DNA from: Dehalococcoidia bacterium
GTDB taxonomy: Bacteria > Chloroflexota > Dehalococcoidia > SHYD01
Direction of reading: 5' to 3'
Length of the DNA: 64,000 nucleotides
NCBI GenBank assembly: GCA_009692945.1
Contig: SHYD01000001.1
Span: forward strand, 11,898-75,897
The notes beneath the pieces were generated by a model that saw only the letters and a program-made list of their open reading frames with translations, ran no database searches and was not told the DNA's origin. Each line of letters starts with the position of its first letter. Positions within the stretch are counted from its first letter, which is position 1. Shown here piece after piece: positions 48,797-57,077 of this stretch. The translations under genes were made by a program, and so were the position numbers.

Positions 48797-49330
48797 ATGA
48801 AGTGGGTCACAAGAGACCGGGTGCATCTCGACCGCGTCGCCTGTCCGTGGCTGATCAAGCGGTTTGTGGACAAAGATGCGGAGTTCGTGTTCGTCGCCTG
48901 GGGAAAAGAGGATGAACGGCCTGCCGACGCCGTCCCCTATGCGCTGCCCGGCGTCGAACTCAGTCCCCACGACGACGCCGGCTCGACCTTCGATAAGATC
49001 ATGCGCAAGTACAACCTGAAAGACCCTGCGCTCGATATCCTCGCGCAGGTGGTGAACTCGGGCATCCATCAGTCGCTGCATCATGGCCACAAAGATGAGT
49101 TCGACGTGCCTCGGATCGAAGGCGTCGGCCTTGGGGCGCTGTCCGAAGGGATCATGCTGATCACGAGAGACGACCACGACAACCTCGACAAGAGCTTCCT
49201 GATGTACGACGCCATGTACGCCTACTGCCGCAGCGTCGTCATTCAGCACAACGACCCGTCCCTCAAAGAGATGAAGCTGCTGGACCGCAGCGCTGAAATC
49301 AAGAAACGGATGCAGGCTGCGCCCAAGTAG
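48797..49330 (+). CDS. ChrB C-terminal-domain protein (chromate-resistance-associated, rhodanese-like fold family)
   Basis: MKWVTRDRVHLDRVACPWLIKRFVDKDAEFVFV.. matches the conserved start of Chrom_resist/ChrB_C-domain proteins. 177 aa. The six-frame start at 48719 is inside the repeat/promoter region. Confidence 0.6.
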   Translation: MKWVTRDRVHLDRVACPWLIKRFVDKDAEFVFVAWGKEDERPADAVPYALPGVELSPHDDAGSTFDKIMRKYNLKDPALDILAQVVNSGIHQSLHHGHKDEFDVPRIEGVGLGALSEGIMLITRDDHDNLDKSFLMYDAMYAYCRSVVIQHNDPSLKEMKLLDRSAEIKKRMQAAPK

Positions 49331-49334
49331 GTAT

Positions 49335-49468
49335 TGGGAGCCGCGTGTTGGGGGACACCCCCACTCCCCCGGCAGAGGGCTGCCGCCCTCATGCACTCCC
49401 GCTCCTGAGCCCGATAGCGCCTCAATTGTGAACTCCTACCGTGCATGCACTCCCACTTCTGAGCCCGG
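49335..49468. repeat. Intergenic repeat, copy H (short)
   Basis: GGGGGACACCCCCACTCCCCCGGCAGAGGGCTGCCGCCCTCATGCACTCCCGCTCCTGAGCCCGATAGCGCCTCAATTGTGAACTCCTACCG, followed by a partial second module (..GCACTCCCACTTCTGAGCCCGGC). Confidence 0.8.
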
Positions 49469-49553
49469 CGAGGGCCGCATGGTACAATGGTTAATACCCC
49501 ATGTGAGCTGACCTACCATTATCGGCCGTCTGCGTCCGGCCCGGGAGCGCTGG

Positions 49554-50327
49554 TTGAGGATCCTCGTAATCGGAGATATTGTCGGCCGGCCAGGCCGGCG
49601 CGCCGTTGTGGATCTGCTCCCAGGCATGCGGCAGAAACACCGTCCCGAACTGGTGATTGCGAACGGTGAGAACGCCGCCCACGGACGGGGTATCACCCCA
49701 CGGAACGTGCAGGAACTGGTGGGGGCAGGGGTGGACGTGGTGACCTCCGGTAACCATGTGTGGGACCAGAAAGAGATCATCCCCTACATGGAGGCCAGCG
49801 TTCCGCTGCTCCGTCCCATCAACTACCCCAGTGGCGCTCCGGGCCAGGGGTATCTGATGCAGAGTGGTGTGCTGGTGGTGAACCTGATGGGCCGCACCCA
49901 CATGTACAACGTGGAGTGCCCTTTCCGGACCATGGACCGCCTGCTGGCCGAACTGCCCTCGCCTCCCAAGACCATCATCGTGGACTTCCACTGTGAGGCG
50001 ACCTCGGAGAAGGTGGCCATGGGTTGGTACCTGGACGGCCGCGTCAGCGCCGTGGTGGGAACCCACACCCACGTGCCCACCGCCGACGCCCGTGTCCTCC
50101 CAAAAGGCACTGCCTATATCAGCGATATCGGTATGACGGGCCCGACCTGCTCCATCATCGGCAACGAGATCAGCGCTGTGATCAACCGGTTTCTCACCCA
50201 GATGCCGGGCCCGCTGCCGGTGGCCGAAGGCCCGGCGGTGTTGAGCGCCGTCCTGGTAGAGGTGGACGACATCACCGGGCGGGCCCTCAAGATCAAACGG
50301 GTGGACGAATACGAAGGAGACCTGTAG
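49554..50327 (+). CDS. ymdB: YmdB-like metallophosphoesterase (TIGR00282 family; 2',3'-cyclic-nucleotide phosphodiesterase-like)
   Basis: (TTG) RILVIGDIVGRPGRRAV..ELVIANGENAAHGRGIT..VTSGNHVWD..; ..DFHCEATSEK..; ..GTHTHVPTAD... 257 aa. Confidence 0.8.
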   Translation: MRILVIGDIVGRPGRRAVVDLLPGMRQKHRPELVIANGENAAHGRGITPRNVQELVGAGVDVVTSGNHVWDQKEIIPYMEASVPLLRPINYPSGAPGQGYLMQSGVLVVNLMGRTHMYNVECPFRTMDRLLAELPSPPKTIIVDFHCEATSEKVAMGWYLDGRVSAVVGTHTHVPTADARVLPKGTAYISDIGMTGPTCSIIGNEISAVINRFLTQMPGPLPVAEGPAVLSAVLVEVDDITGRALKIKRVDEYEGDL

Positions 50328-50332
50328 CCTCC

Positions 50333-51166
50333 ATGCACCTCGACCTGCACATGCACACCACGGCCTCCGATGGGCGGCTCAGTCCGAGCCAACTCATCGA
50401 CCTGGCCGCGACCAGGGACCTCAACATCATCGCGGTCACCGACCACGACACCACCGAGGGCCTGGCCGAAGCCTACCAGCGCAAAGAGCGGTACCCACAA
50501 CTCACCATCATCCCCGGCATCGAACTGAGCACCGACATCCCCGGCAGTGAGGTCCACGTCCTCGGTTATTTCATCGACTGCGCCAACGCCGAGTTCCAAG
50601 AATTGCTGACGGAGTTCCGGGCCACCCGGGTGGACCGCGGCCTGATGATGGTGCAGAAGCTGCGGGAACTCGGGGTCATGATCGAGTGGGAGCGGGTCCA
50701 GGAACTGGCTCAGGGCGCCGTGGGCCGGCCCCATGTGGCCCAGGCGATGCTGGAGGGCGGCTACATCGGCACTATCAACGAGGCCTTCGACCGCTATATC
50801 GGGCGCAACGGCCCCGCGTATGCCGAGCGGGCAAAGCTGACGCCCGCCGAAGCGGTCACCACCATCCGGCGCGTCGGCGGAGTGGCCGTGCTGGCCCATC
50901 CCAGGGACGTGCTGGCGAACCTCGACCCCATCCTCGATGAGATGTGCGCCGCGGGGCTCACCGGGATGGAGGTCTATTACAACGGCTATGCCGGGGACCT
51001 GGCCGGCTACCTGAGCACGGTCTGCCGCGACCGGTCGCTGATCCCGTGTGGAGGCTCCGATTTCCACGGCATCGACGGCAAGTCTGAGGCCGGCCTTGGG
51101 CGCGTCGATGTCCCGATGACCACCGCCGAGCGGCTGTACGCCGCGGCCGGCAGGGAAATGCCCTAG
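50333..51166 (+). CDS. PHP-domain phosphoesterase (TrpH/YciV-like)
   Basis: [43 protein letters not shown]..; AGGAGA RBS. 277 aa. The six-frame ORF from 50024 is a spurious upstream extension overlapping ymdB. Confidence 0.8.
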   Translation: MHLDLHMHTTASDGRLSPSQLIDLAATRDLNIIAVTDHDTTEGLAEAYQRKERYPQLTIIPGIELSTDIPGSEVHVLGYFIDCANAEFQELLTEFRATRVDRGLMMVQKLRELGVMIEWERVQELAQGAVGRPHVAQAMLEGGYIGTINEAFDRYIGRNGPAYAERAKLTPAEAVTTIRRVGGVAVLAHPRDVLANLDPILDEMCAAGLTGMEVYYNGYAGDLAGYLSTVCRDRSLIPCGGSDFHGIDGKSEAGLGRVDVPMTTAERLYAAAGREMP

Positions 51167-51174
51167 CAACCAAC

Positions 51175-51621
51175 ATGGTCCTCAACGCTCAGGAAATCCA
51201 GAAGATCATCCCCCACCGCTGGCCCTTCCTGCTGGTCGATAAGATACTCGAGTTGGAACCCGGCAAGAGCGCCGTCGGGCTGAAACAGGTATCCGCGGGC
51301 GAAATCTACTTCCAGGGCCACTTCCCGGGACAACCCATCATGCCGGGGGTGCTGATCGTCGAAGCGCTGGCCCAGGTTGGGTCGGTGGCCCTCCTGAGCA
51401 GCCCCGAGCACCGCGGCAAGATCGGACTGTTCGCCGGGATCGACCGCTTCCGATTCCGCCGTCCGGTGGTCCCCGGCGACACCCTCCGCTTGGAAGTCAC
51501 CCTCACCAAGCTCCGCGGCGCGGTTGGCAAGGGGACCGGCAGGGCAGAGGTGGACGGACAGGTGGTGGCGGAAGGGGAACTGCTCTTCGCCATCGCCTCG
51601 CCCCAGAACCTCGGGACCTAG
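51175..51621 (+). CDS. fabZ: 3-hydroxyacyl-ACP dehydratase
   Basis: ..[41 protein letters not shown].. hot-dog fold, FabZ signature. 148 aa. Confidence 0.92.
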   Translation: MVLNAQEIQKIIPHRWPFLLVDKILELEPGKSAVGLKQVSAGEIYFQGHFPGQPIMPGVLIVEALAQVGSVALLSSPEHRGKIGLFAGIDRFRFRRPVVPGDTLRLEVTLTKLRGAVGKGTGRAEVDGQVVAEGELLFAIASPQNLGT

Positions 51622-51639
51622 GGCCGGGGACCCGATCCC

Positions 51640-52770
51640 GTGGAGCGGCTTAGGGAATGGGTCATCACCCTCGTCTGTTTGGTCCTCCGGTGGCTCTTCA
51701 CCCTCATAATCCCTCCCCACCCCGGTTCAACTCCCCAAAAGATCCTGGTCATCAAGCCCTGCTGTCTGGGCGACACCCTCATGGCGACTCCAACGCTCGC
51801 CGCGCTCCGTGCAGAATGGCCGGACGCCACCATCGTGGTCGCCACGAGCAACTGGGCCCGGCCCGCAATCGAGAACCACCCGGCCATCGACTCCTTCATT
51901 GACTGCGCTCCTACGCCCCAAGGTGGGGCTGGACCGCTCCTGGAGACTTGGCGGCTGGCCCAGCGGGTCCGGAGGGGGGATTTCGATCTGGCGGTTGTAC
52001 TCGACCGGTCTCCCGTGGTCAGCCTCATCCCGTTTCTTGCCGGGATCCCCTCCCGCTCAGGGATCGACAGCGCTGGACGCGGGTTCTCCCTCACCAAGCG
52101 GGTGCCGGCATTACCGCTGAGACACGAGGCCGACCTCTACCTCGACGTCGCCCGCGCGGCGGGGTGCCACCCCGACGCAGCGGCCCTAACCTTTTTCCCC
52201 ACCGGCGAAGACCGGGCGTGGGCGGCAGACGCCCTGCCCAAGGGCGAGTGGGTTGCGGTCCACCCGGCCGGCGGGGTGAACCCGGGGAGTGCACTGCCCG
52301 GCAAGCGCTGGCCCTCCCACGGCTTCAGGGCGCTGGCCGAGCGCCTGCTGGACCGGGGGTACGGGGTGGTGCTGTTGGGCGGACCGGGTGACTACCCGTT
52401 CACTCAGGAGATCGCCGCGCTCTTACCGGCCCATGTCCGCACCCACGTTTACGACTTCGCGGGACGTTCCACTTTTGGGCAGACGGCGGCGTTGCTTGAA
52501 CGCTGCCGTTTGCTCGTGGGGAACGACACCGGCGTGATGCACCTCGCCGTCGCCGTGGCCACCCCCGTTGTCGCCGTGTTCGGACCCTCCAAACCGCTGG
52601 TCTACGGACCGTACCATTCCTCACAATCCCTCGTGGTGCACCACGAGGACCAATGCGGCCACTGCCTCTTCCGCGGCGGGCTTGTCACCGACTGCCGGAA
52701 CCAGTTCGCCTGCATGGGCGCCGCATCCGTGGACGAGGTGACCGCCGCCGCGCAAGCGCTGATGCGCTAG
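51640..52770 (+). CDS. Glycosyltransferase family 9 (heptosyltransferase-like), copy 1
   Basis: ..KILVIKPCCLGDTLMATPTLAALR..; ..GNDTGVMHLAVAVATPVVAVFGPS... 376 aa. Confidence 0.8.
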   Translation: MERLREWVITLVCLVLRWLFTLIIPPHPGSTPQKILVIKPCCLGDTLMATPTLAALRAEWPDATIVVATSNWARPAIENHPAIDSFIDCAPTPQGGAGPLLETWRLAQRVRRGDFDLAVVLDRSPVVSLIPFLAGIPSRSGIDSAGRGFSLTKRVPALPLRHEADLYLDVARAAGCHPDAAALTFFPTGEDRAWAADALPKGEWVAVHPAGGVNPGSALPGKRWPSHGFRALAERLLDRGYGVVLLGGPGDYPFTQEIAALLPAHVRTHVYDFAGRSTFGQTAALLERCRLLVGNDTGVMHLAVAVATPVVAVFGPSKPLVYGPYHSSQSLVVHHEDQCGHCLFRGGLVTDCRNQFACMGAASVDEVTAAAQALMR

Positions 52771-52794
52771 GCCAGCGGCGCAGCACAACAACTC

Positions 52795-52990
52795 GCCGCA
52801 CACACAAGAGTTCACTCTTGAGTGAACGCGGCAGGGTTGCCACACAGACAAACGAACGCGGTGGAAACTTCTCGCAGAGCTCGAAGAGTATCGATGCGGT
52901 GCGCGCGGCGGCTCGTTACTGTTCGAGCGAAGCGAGAATCTACGCCGCCCCGACTGTGATCCATTCGAATGTGAACTCTTACGCTAAGGC
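52795..52990. repeat. Intergenic repeat, copy I (divergent interior, recognisable termini)
   Basis: Left end AAGAGTTCACTCTTGAGTGAAC, right end GAATGTGAACTCTTACG. Interior lacks the canonical G/C modules. Confidence 0.5.
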
Positions 52991-53017
52991 CCCACGCCGC
53001 CCTGCCGATAGTAGCTG

Positions 53018-54624
53018 GTGCAGGATCGAAATCGATCGCCAGCGCCCGGAGGGAACGTGGGATTACTCCGCACACTCAAGCAGTCCAAACTGGTGCTCCC
53101 CTACACGATTATCAGCGTCTGCCTGATTGCCGTGATGGCAGCCGCCATTCAATGGAATTCGAACAGCGCCGTCGAGCATTCGGTGGTCAAGTTGGCCGAA
53201 GCCACCACTGCGATGCAGGTCGCCCAGTTCAACCTGCAGCTGGCCATGGACCCCGCATTCGCAGACGGAGGGAACGATGGCGAGCTCACCGCGGCCGACC
53301 TAGCCAACGTCGAAGTCTTGGGCCGCATCATTCCCCGCATGACGTACGGGCTCGGCATCGTCCAGATCAACATCTTCTCCACCGGCGGGCGGACCCTGTA
53401 CAGCTCCGACGGCGCCATGCTAGGCCAACAGAGGGGTACCAGCGGCGGTTTTCAGCGCGCCCTGCAAGGCCAAGTATCGACTGCCTTGGAACGGGGAGCG
53501 GCCGCTACCGATGATCGCCGTGAAGGCGAGGGCGGCGACATCGTGGAGTTGTACCTGCCGCTCTACCGCAACCCTCTGTCCACAGAAGGGGGTCGAGCGA
53601 TGGTTGGGGGGTGTTGGGACTCTTTCAAGATGTCCACGACAAGGTCGCTCTCATCGAGCAGTCCAGCTCAGAGCAGTTGGCGCCAACCGTCGCCATGATA
53701 GCCGCATTAATGACCACGCTCTTGGCCTTTACGATCCGGGGTGAACGGATGATCGTACGCTCCAGCGCGCGTGAAGAGCGGGCGGAAGGGGAAGCCCGAA
53801 TGCTGGAAACCGTCCAAGACCACAACCGGCACCTGGAGATCATGAACTGGGAACTGGAACAGCGCACCGTTCAAGCGGAGCAGGCATCAAAAGCAAAATC
53901 TGAATTCCTGGCCAACATGTCCCACGAGTTGCGGACCCCGCTCAACGGCATCATCGGTTTCGCCGACGTGCTGCTGGCCGAGATGTTGGGGCCGCTGAAC
54001 GAGGACCAGACCGACGGCGCCAAAGAGATCAAGGATAGCGGAAGGCACCTCCTCAAACTGATCAGCGATGTGCTCGACATCGCCAAGATCGAAGCCGGCA
54101 AAATGACCGTCGACATGGTGGCCTGCGACCTCGGCAACACACTGGCGGAGGCCGCCCGTACGGTCGCACCGATGGCCGAGACCAAGGCGATGATCCTCCA
54201 ATTCACCATTGCTGAAGGCCTGCCACAAGCCCTTGGGGACCCGTTGCGGATCAAACAGGTGCTGCTCAATCTGTTGAGCAACGCCGTGAAATTCACGGGT
54301 CCCGAGGGCTCGATCTCGGTGGAGGTTTCCTACAGGCCCGGCGAAATCCTGGTTACGGTGGCCGACAATGGCCCCGGCATCCCCGAAGAGATGCAGGCAC
54401 GCCTCTTCCAAAAGTTCGAACGGGTGGAGAAGCGCAACCCCGGTCAATTGAATGAAGGCACCGGGCTGGGCCTGGCCCTGGCGCGGGAACTGGTCCACCT
54501 CCAGGGAGGTCACCTCTGGTACACCACCCAAGTGGGGGCGGGCAGCACGTTCTATTTCACGCTGGCCGCCGCAGAGGCGCAATCGCACACGGGTACTAGG
54601 ACACTGCTGGCAGTGGGAGGCTGA
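53018..54624 (+). pseudogene. Sensor histidine kinase (periplasmic sensor, 2 TM, HisKA + HATPase_c), frameshifted
   Basis: Two overlapping ORFs in different frames (53018-53698 and 53611-54624). Sensor with TM1 LVLPYTIISVCLIAVMAAAI. Kinase part ..[14 protein letters not shown].. (H box), N/G1/G2 boxes (..LLSNAVKFT.., ..DNGPGIP.., ..GTGLGLA..). The frames join if one G is added to the G6 run at 53606-53611 (..EGGRAMVGG|[14 protein letters not shown]..). Confidence 0.8.
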
Positions 54625-54626
54625 GC

Positions 54627-55040
54627 ATGGAAGCGAATGCCGGATACGGTCATGGACCTGGGGCCGGGAACCCCACCATCCTGGTGGTGGAGGACAATCC
54701 TCGCAACATGAAATTGATGAGAATCATGTTGCAGGCCAAAGGTTAGGCAACAATTGAGGCGGTCGATGGCGAAAACGGCCTCACCCTGCTGGGGCAGTCG
54801 TCCTGCACCCTCGTGGTGCTGGATATCCAGCTTCCGGGGATGTCCGGACTCGACGTGGCGCGTGCAGTGCGCGCCAACGAGACCACCAGGACCATTCCGA
54901 TCCTGGCGGTCACCGCCTTCGCTATGGTGTCTGAGCGGGAAGCTGCTTTGTCCGCCGGGGGCTCGGAGTACATGACCAAACCGATCGACATGCCCCGGTT
55001 TCTTGAAACGGTGCAGGAGATGATCGGGGCGGGAGCCTGA
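54627..55040 (+). pseudogene. Single-domain response regulator (CheY-like receiver) interrupted by an in-frame TAG
   Basis: MEANAGYGHGPGAGNPTILVVEDNPRNMKLMRIMLQAKG-TAG-ATIEAVDGENGLTLLGQSSCTLVVLDIQLPGMSGLDVAR...YMTKPID.. is a complete receiver domain (phospho-Asp in VVLDIQLPGMSG). The TAG at 54744-54746 replaces the conserved aromatic residue of the KG[YF] motif. TAG is used as a genuine stop by at least 8 genes in this window. Confidence 0.75.
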
Positions 55041-55042
55041 CC

Positions 55043-56809
55043 ATGCCGGCCGCCGCACGTCACCTGAACCAACCCGCGCCCGCGCCGATGAGCGAGCTGT
55101 TCGCCCGGGATCGGAACCTGGCAGCGCTGATTCATGGGTTCTCCGACCTCACGGTGGTCATCGCCGAGGACGGCAGCGTGCGCTATGCAAGCCACGGTCT
55201 CGAAAAGCACCTTGGCCGCCGGCCAGATGCATTCTTGGGCGCCGATTTCTTCTCATTGTTTCACCCGGAGGACGAACCGCTCGCACGCGTTGTGGTGCTC
55301 GAACCAAGCAGCGATGCCGAAGACCGGTTGATCATGGCGTCCCGCCTCCAGCACGCAGGCGGCGCATGGCGGTTTATGGAACTGGCCAGCGCCAACCTGC
55401 TGGATGACCCGAACCTCGAAGGGCTCGTGGTCAACCTGTGGGACGTCACGGAGCGCAAAGAGTATGAAGGGCGCCTCGAGCGGATGGCTTACTCGGACAC
55501 CCTCACGGGACTGCCTAACCGGGCCAGGTTCGCCACCGTCCTGCAGCGTGCCTGTGATCGCACTGCACGGACCGGCCGCGGCATGGCGGTGATGTTCATA
55601 GACCTGGACCGGTTCAAGATCGTCAACGACACGCTGGGACACCAGGCTGGCGATGAGGTGCTGAAGGAAGCGGCAGCCCGATTGCGGCAATCGGCGCCAC
55701 CAGAGGCCCTGGTGGCGCGCTACAGCGGCGACGAGTTCGCCATCATCCTGGAACAGACGAACACCAACGTTGACCCCCGTGAGGTGGCCGCAGCGATATT
55801 GCGTCGCATCGTCGCCCCTATCGACCTCGGCGTCGCCGAGGCCCACATCGGCGCCAGCATCGGGGTCGCCCACAGCGGTCCAGGGCTGCTGCAGCCGCGC
55901 GACCTGCTGCGCGCGGCGGACACGGCGGCCTACCGGGCCAAGGCCCAGGGCCGGGGGCAACTCGTGGAGTACGACGCGGCTATCGATGCGCTCCCGATGG
56001 AACGCATCCAACAAGAGGCCGAACTGCGCCGAGCGGTCGAAGGCTTTGAGTTCTCGATACATCTTGAGCCCATCTTTGAACTGTGCGGCAACGGCCCGGT
56101 GGCCGTGGATGCCACCGCTTGGTGGAACCACCCTACCAAAGGCCTGCTGGCGCCGCCCACGTTCAGGCCGCTGCTGGAAGAGATCGGTCTGACCGCAGAG
56201 GTGGACCTGGAAACGCTGAGGCGGAGCGCGCTTACGTTCCAACGCTGGCGCAGCGTCGTTCCTGAAACCAGCCTGATGACGCTGACGACCCACGTCTCCC
56301 AACGCCTTTTCAACGAGCCGGACTTTGTTGAAAAGGTTCAGGAGATTCTGGCCACCTCCGGCCTGCCCCCAGCAGATTTGAGGCTGAGCATGGACCAAGC
56401 CGTGCTGGCGTTGAACCAGAACCAATGGGCTGACAAGGTGCTGACCCTGCGTTTGCTGGGCATCAAGTTGGCGTTGGAACAGTTCGGTTCCGGCGCCAGC
56501 CCGCTTGGCGGGTTGAAACACGCCCCCATCGACCAGGTCAGGGCGGATTCGACGCTCATCGAACGGCTCCCTCACGATTCATGGGATACCGCGTTCCTGG
56601 GGGCCATGGTTGCCGTAGCCGAGGCGCTGAGGATGGATGTGGTGGTGCAGGGTATCGCGGACGCCGGCCAACTGGCAGCCGTCATCGAGCAGGGGTGCCG
56701 CTTTGGCCAGGGCCCGTTCTGGGGCGGTGCCCTGGAATCCGAGGCAGCGCTCGAATGGATCCGCCGGAAACGGTACCGCCGCCCCTCCCGGAATTCGGAC
56801 CACCGCTAA
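55043..56809 (+). CDS. PAS-GGDEF-EAL signalling protein with degenerate catalytic motifs
   Basis: PAS-like N-terminus. GGDEF domain with ..RYSGDEF.. (SGDEF instead of GG[DE]EF). EAL domain where the signature is ..VDATAWWNHP (DAT instead of EAL) but downstream boxes are present (..LEQFGSG.., ..VVQGIADAGQ..). 588 aa. Starts 2 nt after the receiver stop. Confidence 0.8.
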   Translation: MPAAARHLNQPAPAPMSELFARDRNLAALIHGFSDLTVVIAEDGSVRYASHGLEKHLGRRPDAFLGADFFSLFHPEDEPLARVVVLEPSSDAEDRLIMASRLQHAGGAWRFMELASANLLDDPNLEGLVVNLWDVTERKEYEGRLERMAYSDTLTGLPNRARFATVLQRACDRTARTGRGMAVMFIDLDRFKIVNDTLGHQAGDEVLKEAAARLRQSAPPEALVARYSGDEFAIILEQTNTNVDPREVAAAILRRIVAPIDLGVAEAHIGASIGVAHSGPGLLQPRDLLRAADTAAYRAKAQGRGQLVEYDAAIDALPMERIQQEAELRRAVEGFEFSIHLEPIFELCGNGPVAVDATAWWNHPTKGLLAPPTFRPLLEEIGLTAEVDLETLRRSALTFQRWRSVVPETSLMTLTTHVSQRLFNEPDFVEKVQEILATSGLPPADLRLSMDQAVLALNQNQWADKVLTLRLLGIKLALEQFGSGASPLGGLKHAPIDQVRADSTLIERLPHDSWDTAFLGAMVAVAEALRMDVVVQGIADAGQLAAVIEQGCRFGQGPFWGGALESEAALEWIRRKRYRRPSRNSDHR

Positions 56810-57062
56810 CGGGCCGACCCAAGCTCGGGAGTGGGAGTGCACGAGGGCGGCGGCCCTCTGCCGGGGGAGTGGGGGTGCCCCCATAGGAGTGGGCACCTTT
56901 TGAATTCGTGCTGGATGTGGATTCCAGGACGGGGGGGGGTATGCAGAGGGGGCGCAGCCCCTTCTGCCGGGGCGTGGGGTGTCCCCCACAAAGAATTCTC
57001 CTCTTTTTCTGGGGTGGGGGCGTGGCTCACACCGCCTGATCCCCTAACACTGAATCGATACA
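56800..57062. repeat. Intergenic repeat, copy J
   Basis: CTCGGGAGTGGGAGTGCACGAGGGCGGCGGCCCTCTGCCGGGGGAGTGGGGGTGCCCCCATAGGAGTGGGCACC; G9 run; GCAGAGGGGGCGCAGCCCCTTCTGCCGGGGCGTGGGGTGTCCCCCACAAAGAATTCTCCTCTTTTTCTGGGGTGGGGGCGTGGCTCACACCGCCTGATCCCCTAACACTGAATCG. Confidence 0.85.
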
Positions 57063-57077
57063 CCTGGTGCCCCGCCC

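Noticed and set aside
54744-54746. Genome-wide UAG reassignment (for example pyrrolysine or amber suppression) to explain the receiver's in-frame TAG
   Set aside because: TAG is used as an ordinary stop by leuC, leuD, tig, both ABC permeases, the second SBP, the Rieske gene and gyrA in this same window. A single nonsense mutation or sequencing error is the better explanation.
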